In this document: in pieces, positions 7,688-16,896 of the stretch
Layout of the letters: every line of letters starts with the position of its first letter
How positions within the stretch are numbered: the first letter of the stretch is position 1
Assembly (NCBI GenBank): GCA_000743035.1
Contig: CP008936.1
Span: 930,001-962,000 of the forward strand
Length of the DNA: 32,000 nt
Source: Candidatus Paracaedimonas acanthamoebae
Lineage (GTDB): Bacteria > Pseudomonadota > Alphaproteobacteria > Caedimonadales > Caedimonadaceae
Direction of reading: 5' to 3'
Program-made: the position numbers and the translations under genes
The notes under the pieces: generated by a model
Told to the model about the DNA's origin: nothing
The model's input: only the letters and a program-made list of their open reading frames with translations
The model's database searches: none

Positions 7688-8905
7688 TCACTTATAAGGT
7701 TTTACTGATGTCCAATTTTTCTCTTCTGTTTCTAAAATATCTAAAGAAATAGCCCTCCTTATAGCGGTTAAAAGACGATTCATGAATGAAATATTATGAA
7801 TTGTTATGGCTTGAAGTGCTAATATTTCTTGTGCTCTTAACAAATGATGAAGATAAGAGCGTGAAAATGTTTTGCATGTTGAACAAAGGCAAGTTTCATC
7901 AATGGGTTTTGAATCTTCTCTAAAATGAGCATTACGAAGGTTGATATGCTCTCCACCATTCCCATCATTTTCATACCAAAAGGAAGGCTGAACAAGAGCA
8001 CCTCCATGACGAGCAAGGCGGGTTGGATGAACGCAATCAAATGTATCTATTCCTTGACGCACCCCATTGAAGATGTCGCTTATTCCACCAATTCCTAAAA
8101 GATGAACCGGACGTGCCGGATCAAGAAGACTCATCGTTAACTCCACAATGCCATGCATTTGAGCTTTTGAGGCTCCTAATGACCCCCCTACAGCATGCCC
8201 AAAAAAGGAATGATCATTAACAAATTGCGCACTTTCTTTGCGTAGATCATCGTATACGCCTCCTTGAATAATTCCATAAAGCGCTTGCTGTTGGTTATCT
8301 GTTCGTTGAAATTCTGCAAGACTTCTTAAAGCCCAACGATGTGACAACTGCATTGATCGTTGTGTATAAACTTTATCAACATGGAAAGGTGTGCACTCAT
8401 CCAGAACTACAATAAGATCTGCACCAAGTTGACGTTGCACCTGAATAGAACGCTCGGGAGTTAAAAGGTGCATGCAACCATCAATGTACGATTTGAACTG
8501 AGCCCCCTCTTCTGTAATTTTCAGAAGGGTTTTAGGACGGTTTGTTAATCTCTTCCCTTTTATTTCGCTTGCAACTGATCCGTGACCTAAGCTAAAAATT
8601 TGGAATCCTCCAGAATCCGTAAGCATAGGTTTATTCCATCCCATGAAGCGATGGAGTCCACCTTGCCGCTCAATGATATCACCCCCGGGTTGCAGCATAA
8701 GATGATAAGTATTCGATAAAATAATTTGTGTGTCAGCTTCATTTATTTGTTGTGGTGTGGCTCCTTTAATTGCTGCTTTTGTTGCGCAGAAAATAAAAGC
8801 TGGTGTATCAACACTTCCATGAGGCGTCACTAAGCGTCCCAAACGCGCTTTACTATTTTTTGAAGTTTTATGGATTTCAAACTGAAAGTTTGGATAATGA
8901 AACAT
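7688..8905 (-). CDS. tgt: tRNA-guanine transglycosylase (queuine tRNA-ribosyltransferase), divergent substrate-pocket motif
   Basis: The motifs SNTYHL, LTDSGGFQ, VLDECTP and GIDTFDCVHPTR are present, as is the zinc site CLCSTC...H. The usual GGLAVGE is replaced by GGSLGAS (nt 8168-8188). Confidence 0.93.
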   Translation of the reverse strand: MFHYPNFQFEIHKTSKNSKARLGRLVTPHGSVDTPAFIFCATKAAIKGATPQQINEADTQIILSNTYHLMLQPGGDIIERQGGLHRFMGWNKPMLTDSGGFQIFSLGHGSVASEIKGKRLTNRPKTLLKITEEGAQFKSYIDGCMHLLTPERSIQVQRQLGADLIVVLDECTPFHVDKVYTQRSMQLSHRWALRSLAEFQRTDNQQQALYGIIQGGVYDDLRKESAQFVNDHSFFGHAVGGSLGASKAQMHGIVELTMSLLDPARPVHLLGIGGISDIFNGVRQGIDTFDCVHPTRLARHGGALVQPSFWYENDGNGGEHINLRNAHFREDSKPIDETCLCSTCKTFSRSYLHHLLRAQEILALQAITIHNISFMNRLLTAIRRAISLDILETEEKNWTSVKPYK

Positions 8906-9680
8906 CTATAAGGTTTTTCCGAGAAGAGTTAATGAAGCGTACTAGGTACATAACAACAGTATTTGCAAGACTGACAATAAGACGCACTGTATAAGTACCC
9001 AGAATATAAGTAAAGATAAGAGTTTTCCAATCCACTGGATGAGAAGCCAAAATTACCCATGCCAATGTACTAAAAATTATATTATCTATACTTGAAGAAA
9101 CAATAAAAGCTAAACTTGATCTTAACCATAAAGCCTTACCTTGCGTTAAGTTTTTTATATATTGAAAAATATAGATATCACTATACTGACTAACTAAGTA
9201 TGCGCTCAAGCTCGCTATCAAAATTGTTGGAATTGGCAAAAATAAAACAGCCATTGCTTCATGCGCTCTGTTAAAAGCAGCATAGTCTTCATTGACCGTT
9301 GCGATAGGTTTAATTCCCAAGCTTAGTAACATGAGTATACTTAATAAAAGAGAAGTTAAAAAGCTCAACCAAACAGATTTTTGAGCAATCTTTTTCCCAT
9401 AATATTCAGTGAGAATATCTGACGTTAGAAAACTTGAAGAGAAAACAACCGTTCCTAAAGCTATTGGATAATTTAAAAATGAAAACTCTCCAGCTTTAAG
9501 TACCTGAAGATTTCCAGCAATAATTGCGATCGAATTATAAATAAAGAGACCTAACGCTCCATAATAACGGAAAATTCCAAGAATTGCGAAACTGCATATA
9601 ACAAATGTCAAGCAACCTATCGCTTCAGAAGGTAAACTTTGAAAAAAGTCTACCATTCTGATTAAAGATGATGAAGTCAT
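8877..9680 (-). CDS. yhhQ: Queuosine-precursor transporter, YhhQ/DUF165 family
   Basis: It is a polytopic membrane protein. The blocks FLTSDILTEYYGKK and SQYSDIYIFQYIKN....LWLRSSLAFIVSSSIDNIIF align with the E. coli YhhQ blocks I remember (FLATDLTVRIFG; GQILDVHVFNRLR...LFGNVSDTLAFF). Its 3' end overlaps the tgt start by 29 nt. Confidence 0.8.
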   Translation of the reverse strand: MTSSSLIRMVDFFQSLPSEAIGCLTFVICSFAILGIFRYYGALGLFIYNSIAIIAGNLQVLKAGEFSFLNYPIALGTVVFSSSFLTSDILTEYYGKKIAQKSVWLSFLTSLLLSILMLLSLGIKPIATVNEDYAAFNRAHEAMAVLFLPIPTILIASLSAYLVSQYSDIYIFQYIKNLTQGKALWLRSSLAFIVSSSIDNIIFSTLAWVILASHPVDWKTLIFTYILGTYTVRLIVSLANTVVMYLVRFINSSRKNLIDVSLSKLSV

Positions 9681-9715
9681 AGATTTAGTGCAGGTCTATC
9701 CCTGCTCTTTCATTT

Positions 9716-10003
9716 TTAAGCTTTTTGTACTTGAACACGCTCTATCCGACGCTTTAACATGAGAGCTTCCTTTGATAATTTTGAGTCATTTGTGCTCTTC
9801 AAAAAAGCATCAATGCCTCCATTAGTTTCAATGGTACGAATAGCGCGCGTTGAAATACGCATTCTCACACGACCTAAAACATCACTGATGAATGATACAT
9901 TTTGCATATTCGGGAGGAAACGACGACGTGTCTTGTTATTTGCATGGCTTACATTATTACCTGCTAAAACCTGTTTACCTGTTATAATACAACGGCGTGC
10001 CAT
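9716..10003 (-). CDS. rpmB: 50S ribosomal protein L28
   Basis: The N-terminus [32 protein letters not shown] is the classic L28 N-terminus. Confidence 0.95.
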   Translation of the reverse strand: MARRCIITGKQVLAGNNVSHANNKTRRRFLPNMQNVSFISDVLGRVRMRISTRAIRTIETNGGIDAFLKSTNDSKLSKEALMLKRRIERVQVQKA

Positions 10004-10089
10004 ACTCTAATCTCCATTTCAAAATTCATAAACTTTAGGCTTCTAATACGTCATTAAGAATGCTGTCGTCAAGGGTTTTTACCATTTAT

Positions 10090-11919
10090 CTATTCAACTG
10101 TGACTGATTTCGCTAAATTCCTTGGTTGGTCAACATCGGTTCCTTTTAAAACCGCAGTATAGTAAGCTAAAAGTTGCGTCGGAATAGCATAAACCATAGG
10201 TGCAATAAAAGAACTGGTTGATGGCAAGATAATTCGCTTTATCGCTTGCGAAGTAAATAAGCTATGCCCTTTTTCATCACTCAATAAAATAATAGGTCCT
10301 TTTCTGGAAAGAATTTCTTGAATATTAGAGACTGTTTTCTCAAAAAGTGAATCAAAAGGTGCAATTGCAACAGTTGGTACGGCTTCTTCAACGAGGGCAA
10401 TAGGACCATGCTTGAGTTCTCCTGCAGCAAAACCTTCGGCATGTACATAAGAGATCTCTTTAAGCTTAAGCGCTCCTTCTAAAGCTAAAGGATAACTAGC
10501 CCCCCTACCTATATAAAGAACATTATCAACTTCTAACAAAGAACGAGCTACGCTTGCTACACTATCTTTCAGGGCTAAGGTCTGTTCTATAAGCATTGGT
10601 AATTGTGATAGATCTCGACAGCACTGAGCAAAATCTTCTTTCGAAATTGTTTTTTTTGCTTGTGCAAATGCAAGAGCTAAAACAGCTAGAACGCACAATT
10701 GTGTTGTAAATGCCTTCGTTGATGCAACGCCAATTTCAGGACCTGCTTGTGTTAAAAATGTTACATCAACCGCTCTAGCAAGAGAACTATTTGCAACATT
10801 GATAATTCCAAGGGAAGGCTGCCCTTGGGAACGCACATAAGCTTGCGCAGCAAGAGTATCTGCAGTTTCTCCAGACTGAGAGATAAAAAGTGAAACTCCA
10901 TCTTTAGGCATCGGTGGCTGGCGATAACGAAACTCAGAGGCAATATCAAGCTCAACTGGAATACGAGCAATGTTTTCAAACCAGTATTTTGCAACCATCC
11001 CAGCATAAAATGCCGTTCCACACGCAACTATAGTAAGGCGAGAAACGTTTTCTAAAGCAAATGGTAAGGGACGAAAGTGTAAACCTGTATGAGAGACATT
11101 TAAGTACTCAGAAAGAGTACGCCGAATTACATCCGGTTGCTCATGAATTTCTTTAAGCATAAAGTGATCAAATCCAGATTTATCAATAGAAGAATTACTC
11201 AACTTACTCTGTTGGATGCTTCTTTTGACGGGTTCTCCTTTAAAATTATAAATATTTGCGTTTGAAGCCTCTAGAACAGCAATATCCCCATCTTCTAAAA
11301 AGGTCACGTGTTGAGTTAAATGTGAAAGTGCAACAGCATCAGAACCAATATACATTTCTTCTTTACCATATCCAATTGCTAAAGGAGGACCAGAGCGCGC
11401 TGCAATTAATAAATCAGGATAATCTCGGAACAGGAGAGCGATTGCAAAAGCACCTCGCACAACGCCAAGCGTCTCTTTTACTGCATTAAATGGGTTCAGT
11501 CCTTGCTCTAAAAACTCTTCAACTAAGTGAAGGATAACTTCAGTATCTGTATCACTGCTGAAATGGACCCCTCTCTTAATAAGTTGTTCTTTTAATACGT
11601 GATAATTTTCAATAATACCATTATGGACAATAGCAACTTGATCAGTAAGATGTGGGTGAGCATTTTGATCATTTGGAACGCCGTGTGTAGCCCATCGTGT
11701 ATGAGCAATACCACTACTTCCAGCAATAGGGTCTTTTTTAAGATCAACCTCTAAATTAACTAATTTTCCAGCACGACGACGCCTTTGTAACTTACCATCT
11801 GCAATTACAGCAACTCCTGATGAATCGTACCCACGATATTCAAGACGACGTAACCCTTCTACTAAGTCAGAAACAACATTTCTTTCTGTTGAGCTAATAA
11901 CACCAACAATTCCGCACAT
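10090..11919 (-). CDS. glmS: Glutamine--fructose-6-phosphate aminotransferase
   Basis: It starts with MCGIVG (Ntn Cys2), has two SIS domains, and ends in the conserved C-terminus DQPRNLAKSVTVE. Its start codon abuts the glmU stop with no spacer. Confidence 0.97.
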   Translation of the reverse strand: MCGIVGVISSTERNVVSDLVEGLRRLEYRGYDSSGVAVIADGKLQRRRRAGKLVNLEVDLKKDPIAGSSGIAHTRWATHGVPNDQNAHPHLTDQVAIVHNGIIENYHVLKEQLIKRGVHFSSDTDTEVILHLVEEFLEQGLNPFNAVKETLGVVRGAFAIALLFRDYPDLLIAARSGPPLAIGYGKEEMYIGSDAVALSHLTQHVTFLEDGDIAVLEASNANIYNFKGEPVKRSIQQSKLSNSSIDKSGFDHFMLKEIHEQPDVIRRTLSEYLNVSHTGLHFRPLPFALENVSRLTIVACGTAFYAGMVAKYWFENIARIPVELDIASEFRYRQPPMPKDGVSLFISQSGETADTLAAQAYVRSQGQPSLGIINVANSSLARAVDVTFLTQAGPEIGVASTKAFTTQLCVLAVLALAFAQAKKTISKEDFAQCCRDLSQLPMLIEQTLALKDSVASVARSLLEVDNVLYIGRGASYPLALEGALKLKEISYVHAEGFAAGELKHGPIALVEEAVPTVAIAPFDSLFEKTVSNIQEILSRKGPIILLSDEKGHSLFTSQAIKRIILPSTSSFIAPMVYAIPTQLLAYYTAVLKGTDVDQPRNLAKSVTVE

Positions 11920-13293
11920 TTATGCAATATCCTTTTCATGTGTTTGAGTTGATTTTCTTTTTTGTAGAGCGACGGCTCCTTTTTCAATTTCTTTTACCTG
12001 AGCACGAGCAACAGCAAGACTCTTAGATGCAACATCTTTTGTAATTGTGCTCCCAGCTCCAATATAAGCATAGTCACCAATTTTTAAAGGGGCGACCAAA
12101 GAAGAGTTGGCCCCAATTGAAACATAACTGCCAATATTAGTTTTCCATTTATTAAAGCCATCATAGTTGCAAGTAATCGTTCCTGCACCAATATTTGTTT
12201 TTTCGCCAATTACAGCATCACCTATGTAACTAAGATGATTAACTTTTGTTTTAATGCCTAATGTTGAGTTCTTAATTTCAACAAAATTCCCGATTTTAAC
12301 CCCTTCTTCAAGGATTGTCTTAGGGCGAAGGCGTGCAAAAGGACCAACAGTCGCCCCTTTTTTAATATGAGCACCTTCAATATCAGTAAATGAACGAATC
12401 GTTACATTTTCTTCAATAACGGTCTTAGGGCCTAAATTGACGTAAGGATGAATTATAACATCTGAAGAAATTTGCGTATCATGACTCAAGTAAACCGTTT
12501 CAGGAGCAATCATTGTTACTCCTTTTTCTAACGCAATATTCCTCCAACGCTTTTGAATCTTAGCCTCAATCTCAGCAAGATCTTGGCGCGTATTAATACC
12601 TTCAAATTCACTGGGATCCTGAGCAACAACAACTTCGACTTTTAACCCTTCGGTACGTGCTATAGCAACAATATCTGTAAGGTACCGCTCTTGATTTGAT
12701 ACTTGAGGAGTAATTTTTTCAAGCAATTTGATAGCATAATTTCCATCAAGCGCCATTACTCCCGCATTACAAAGCTTTATTTTCCTTATTTCTTCATTAG
12801 CTTCTTTGTGTTCAATAATAGCCTCAACCTGATTATCTTGAGAGGTTACAATACGCCCGTACATCTTAGGGTCATCAAGTTGCATGCCTAAAATAACAGC
12901 TGCGGGCCGAGATGGACTATTAAATCGGTTTAGGATTTCTAAAAGAGTTTCTTGACGTACAAGGGGCGTGTCACCAAATAAAACGAGAATAATGCCTTTA
13001 AAATTTTCAATAAAAGAACGTGCAGATAAAACGGCATGTGCCGTCCCTAATTGTTGTTCTTGTATCACAGGAATAAGCCCAGGAATTATTTCCCGGGCAG
13101 AAAGAACAACAGACTCTTGAGAGGCATTCACAATCAAGGCCACCCCTTCGGGCTGAAGCGACGCAGTAGTCTCTAGAACATATTGAATCATGGGCCTTCC
13201 TCCAATTGGATGGAGTACTTTAGGCAAAGAAGAACGCATCCTTGTTCCTTTGCCCGCCGCTAAAATAATTGTTAAAAGAGAACCGTTAGACAT
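11920..13293 (-). CDS. glmU: Bifunctional UDP-GlcNAc pyrophosphorylase / GlcN-1-P acetyltransferase
   Basis: It has the LAAGKGTRM motif and a C-terminal hexapeptide-repeat beta-helix. I prefer the ATG at 13293 over the tracked TTG at 13299. Confidence 0.95.
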   Translation of the reverse strand: MSNGSLLTIILAAGKGTRMRSSLPKVLHPIGGRPMIQYVLETTASLQPEGVALIVNASQESVVLSAREIIPGLIPVIQEQQLGTAHAVLSARSFIENFKGIILVLFGDTPLVRQETLLEILNRFNSPSRPAAVILGMQLDDPKMYGRIVTSQDNQVEAIIEHKEANEEIRKIKLCNAGVMALDGNYAIKLLEKITPQVSNQERYLTDIVAIARTEGLKVEVVVAQDPSEFEGINTRQDLAEIEAKIQKRWRNIALEKGVTMIAPETVYLSHDTQISSDVIIHPYVNLGPKTVIEENVTIRSFTDIEGAHIKKGATVGPFARLRPKTILEEGVKIGNFVEIKNSTLGIKTKVNHLSYIGDAVIGEKTNIGAGTITCNYDGFNKWKTNIGSYVSIGANSSLVAPLKIGDYAYIGAGSTITKDVASKSLAVARAQVKEIEKGAVALQKRKSTQTHEKDIA

Positions 13294-13458
13294 TATCAAT
13301 ATTGTTTGCTCATTATTAAAAAACTACACAACTACTAAGGTGATTACATAAATTAACAAAAACGCCAAGATATTATAATATGACGAAAAATTACAATTCT
13401 TTTAAAAAATTATTTTCTTTAAATTAAATCAAATAGATAAATAAAATTAATAGCGCCT

Positions 13459-14010
13459 TTACCAGTAGACACACTCTTTTCGGATATCTATGTGAATGAA
13501 ATTGGAATTTGGATAAAATCCCACACCACCCGCTCGCTGCCCCCTTGCCGCATTACGTAATTTTATAAGTTGAACTCCTGACATACGAATATCTACAGCT
13601 TTCCCTTCTATATGCTTACTATTCTGTGCAACGCCTTTACCTTTTTTGCGTAATTGATCATTAAATTCTTTAGAGCGATAACCGGAGATAATTTCAAAGG
13701 GTTTTTTCTCACCAACTGCCACTTGAATACTATTCATCAAATCCAGCAACTTAGGTTCTATTATTGTTGTTTTACCATTTGAAGGATCTCTTAGAAAATA
13801 GTTGAGGGCCTCAAGCTGTTCAGGAATATAATGGCCGTTTGCCCAAAAAATATCCTTAAACCATTCTGAAGTATGGGTATTATAGAGAACAAGCTTTCTT
13901 TCAAACTTAGAGGTCCCAAAAGATAGTTTAGAAAAAATAAGAGTTGTTAAAGCCGCACTTCCTGAAGTTAAAAGTTGCCTCCTCGTTAACAACAACTTAT
14001 TATTCATCAT
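13459..14010 (-). CDS. DUF882 / peptidase M15A family protein (YcbK/MepK-like) with twin-arginine signal
   Basis: A Tat motif TRRQLLTSG is present. The metal-ligand pattern HIEGKAVD ... FIHID is typical of the YcbK family. Confidence 0.8.
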   Translation of the reverse strand: MMNNKLLLTRRQLLTSGSAALTTLIFSKLSFGTSKFERKLVLYNTHTSEWFKDIFWANGHYIPEQLEALNYFLRDPSNGKTTIIEPKLLDLMNSIQVAVGEKKPFEIISGYRSKEFNDQLRKKGKGVAQNSKHIEGKAVDIRMSGVQLIKLRNAARGQRAGGVGFYPNSNFIHIDIRKECVYW

Positions 14011-14309
14011 CCTGTGCTCCTCAGCTTTTGAAATCCCAAAATTAAGTCACAGTAGTTAAGCAAATATATATAAAAATATAAAGAAAAAAAATTCATTTTA
14101 ATCAAATACTTATAATAAAAAATTATTAAATTTTTTATTATATTTATTATTTTTTTTAACAATTGAAGCTCAAGTAAAAGCTTTTTATCAAAATTTTGGC
14201 TCATAAATTCAGAACCCAAACTGAAAATAAAAAGACTTTTCCTCTTTAAGATAAGAAGGAAAATGCGTATAGAATACGCTTAACAATTTAAAATAATGAG
14301 TAAAATTTC

Positions 14310-15080
14310 ATGAAAGCCAAATTTTTCTTTTTTTCACACTTATTAACTCTTAGCGCTGCACTTTTTTATTTAACCGCCTGTAAAAACGAAGCTACTTCTA
14401 CACCAAAGAAAGAAATATTGCGGCTGGCAACTTCAGCCGATAATCCACCTTTTGAATTTCATCAAACAACAACAAATCAAATTACAGGTTTTGATATTGA
14501 GCTCGCTCATGCATTGGCGGATGTTTTGGATGTTGATCTGGAAATTCAGGATATGGATTTTGCTTCAATTATACCTGCGTTGCTCTCTGGACGTGCAGAC
14601 TTTGCAATGGCAACTATTTCCATTACAGAAGAACGACAGAAAAATGTATCTTTCTCAGAAGATTATTATATTGCACAACCAGCCTCTGTCAGCCTAAAAA
14701 ATCGCTCTTTTTCACAACCAAGAGATTTCGAGGGAACAAATATTGGGGTTCAATTAGGCACATCATTTGAACAAATGATGAAAAAAATGACACAGGAAAT
14801 AAAAAGTATTCACCTTATCCCACTAAACAAGCTTGGAGAACTCATTCAAGAAGTTAAGTCTGGCAGAATTGATGCTGCTGTTATAGATATTTCACCTGCA
14901 AAAGCTTATGTCGAAAATAACAAAGACCTAGAAACGAATATTATTGAAGGATATAAAGAAAGCTACGCAATAGCATTTCCTAAGGATTCACCTTGGACAG
15001 AAAAATTTAATCATGCTTTAAAAAAACTAAACACAAGTGGGAAACTTACTGAACTAACGTCTAAATGGTTTTCTAAGTAA
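14310..15080 (+). CDS. Amino-acid ABC transporter substrate-binding lipoprotein (family 3 SBP)
   Basis: It has a signal peptide with the lipobox LTAC. The polar amino-acid SBP pattern is present (ADNPPFEF, GFDIELA, DFAMATISITEER, VDP-like hinge). Confidence 0.85.
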   Translation: MKAKFFFFSHLLTLSAALFYLTACKNEATSTPKKEILRLATSADNPPFEFHQTTTNQITGFDIELAHALADVLDVDLEIQDMDFASIIPALLSGRADFAMATISITEERQKNVSFSEDYYIAQPASVSLKNRSFSQPRDFEGTNIGVQLGTSFEQMMKKMTQEIKSIHLIPLNKLGELIQEVKSGRIDAAVIDISPAKAYVENNKDLETNIIEGYKESYAIAFPKDSPWTEKFNHALKKLNTSGKLTELTSKWFSK

Positions 15081-15282
15081 CTACTCTTAGTTTTCTTTTC
15101 AACTTTTGGAAGAACTGCTATTATTTCTATGCTTCCTTGATTCATAGGTTTTGAAATAAAGAATTTAATATTTCTTTAGGATTAATAAATAATTAGAGAG
15201 AACTAAAATATTAACATAATTACAGGTACGCGCCCTTCTTCTATTTCAGCAACTATCATCCTTCCGCAAGCAATTTTCATTA

Positions 15283-16641
15283 TTAAAATTCTTTTAACGA
15301 AGTAACATCATTAAAATTAAAAGAGTTTTTGCCTTTAAAGTATTCTTTCTCGTACTTAGACCAGTTAGCAGGTGTCAGCCTAACTTTAAGATGTATTTTT
15401 TCATCCTGATCTTGCCTTTCTAAAACTTCACCATGTTGATAAAGCCAAGCAAGAGCTGCCCCATCGGAACTTTTAATATCAAAAGTAAAGGTTTTCAAAG
15501 AGGAGCCTAGCTTGGTTTGGATGAGCTTGAGAAGATTATTAATCCCTTCTCCAGTTAAAGCAGAGAGTAAGACTTTTTGTAAAACATCTTGCGTTTGAGT
15601 TTTCAATACACTCTCTGGAGGGAGCAAATCAATTTTATTTAATACCTCAATTAAATTAGGGTTATAATCAACTTCTATTCCAAGCTGGCTCAAAATAGAG
15701 AGGACATCTTCCTTTTGATGCTCAGTTTCTGGATGTGTGATATCCCTCACATGTATAATCACATCAGCTTCGAGTACTTCTTCTAAGGTTGCTCGAAAAG
15801 CTGCAATTAGTTGTGTTGGAAGCTCAGAGATAAATCCAACAGTATCAGAGAGAATGATTTGCCGTCCAGAAGGTAAGCTTACCTGCCTCATTGTTGGATC
15901 TAAAGTTGCAAATAATAAATTTTCGGCAAGAACATTCGCATTTGCCAGAAAATTAAATAATGTTGATTTACCAGCATTGGTATAACCTACAAGCGCAATA
16001 ATGGGATATAGAACACGTTTTCTTGCCTTACGATGCAATTCGCGTGTGCGAACAACTTGCGCTAATTCCTTTTTTATCTTTGCAATCCGCTCGCTAATAA
16101 GGCGTCGATCAACTTCTAGCTGAGTTTCTCCTGGTCCACCAATAAAACCTAGCCCTCCTCGTTGCCTTTCCAAGTGAGTCCAACTTCGTACAAGACGACT
16201 TTTTTGGTACATAAGAGAAGCAAGCTCAACTTGCAAACGACCCTCAGCTGTTTGTGCTCTTTCTCCAAATATCTCTAAAATGAGGCCTGTTCGATCAATA
16301 ACTTTCGTTTTCCACGCTTTTTCAAGATTACGCTGCTGAATAGGACTTAAGCTTGAATCAATAATCACAAGCTCAGCTTGATGCGAGGAGACAACTTCGG
16401 CAAACGTACGAACTATCCCCTCTCCAAACAAAGTAGCAGGCTTCGGTGCGCGCACGTTTACAACTTCAGCATAAACAACCTCTAAGCCAATCGCTCTGGC
16501 AAGCCCTTTAGCTTCAGCTAATCTAAGATTAGGATCTCTATTAGAACCAATATTGTTCTTAAAATTGGGATATAATAGAATTGTTCTTTGTGATTTTTTT
16601 ATGAACTCATAAAATTCCTTAACTGCCACAGAAAGAACCAA
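15283..16641 (-). CDS. hflX: GTPase HflX
   Basis: It has the HflX N-domain plus GYTNAGKST, DTVGF and NKID. It starts 3 nt after the hfq stop with TTG at 16641. Confidence 0.93.
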   Translation of the reverse strand: MVLSVAVKEFYEFIKKSQRTILLYPNFKNNIGSNRDPNLRLAEAKGLARAIGLEVVYAEVVNVRAPKPATLFGEGIVRTFAEVVSSHQAELVIIDSSLSPIQQRNLEKAWKTKVIDRTGLILEIFGERAQTAEGRLQVELASLMYQKSRLVRSWTHLERQRGGLGFIGGPGETQLEVDRRLISERIAKIKKELAQVVRTRELHRKARKRVLYPIIALVGYTNAGKSTLFNFLANANVLAENLLFATLDPTMRQVSLPSGRQIILSDTVGFISELPTQLIAAFRATLEEVLEADVIIHVRDITHPETEHQKEDVLSILSQLGIEVDYNPNLIEVLNKIDLLPPESVLKTQTQDVLQKVLLSALTGEGINNLLKLIQTKLGSSLKTFTFDIKSSDGAALAWLYQHGEVLERQDQDEKIHLKVRLTPANWSKYEKEYFKGKNSFNFNDVTSLKEF

Positions 16642-16644
16642 ACA

Positions 16645-16896
16645 TTAACTTTCGTTATCTACATTTTCCGCATCAAATAATTGTACTGGATTTGTAGGCA
16701 TTATTGTCGATATTGCATGCTTGTAAACAAGTTGTGAATGCGCATCTCTTCTTAACAATACTGAAAAATTATCAAACCATGTGATAATACCTTGTAACTT
16801 TACACCATTTACCAGAAACAAAGTTACAGGATTCTTATTCTTACGTAGGTGATTTAAAAATGTATCTTGCAAATTACTTATCTTATCCGAAATCAT
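16645..16896 (-). CDS. hfq: RNA chaperone Hfq
   Basis: The Sm1/Sm2 core reads LQDTFLN.LRK....[22 protein letters not shown]......[11 protein letters not shown]. Confidence 0.96.
   Translation of the reverse strand: MISDKISNLQDTFLNHLRKNKNPVTLFLVNGVKLQGIITWFDNFSVLLRRDAHSQLVYKHAISTIMPTNPVQLFDAENVDNES

Noticed and set aside
9681-9715. Possible preQ1 riboswitch in front of yhhQ.
   Set aside because: Only 35 nt separate the rpmB stop from the yhhQ start. The segment has one 5-bp hairpin (GCAGG-gataga-CCTGC on the minus strand) and does not fit the preQ1 aptamer consensus as I remember it. It may be a weak attenuator at most.
10004-10089. A glmS ribozyme or other riboswitch associated with glmS/glmU.
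   Set aside because: The glmS ribozyme sits in the 5' UTR of Gram-positive glmS. Here glmS starts immediately after the glmU stop with no leader, and the short flanking spacers show no conserved structure.
14111-14142. A 12-bp perfect inverted repeat TATAATAAAAAA-N8-TTTTTTATTATA.
   Set aside because: It is composed only of A/T in a very AT-rich spacer, so chance occurrence is high. I noted it only as context for the SBP promoter.
14007-14219. A 70-aa ORF in the mepK-like/SBP divergent intergenic region.
   Set aside because: It is translated from almost pure A/T DNA (runs of K, I, L, Y, F, N). It has no SD and overlaps the Tat-signal gene start. It is most likely a promoter region.
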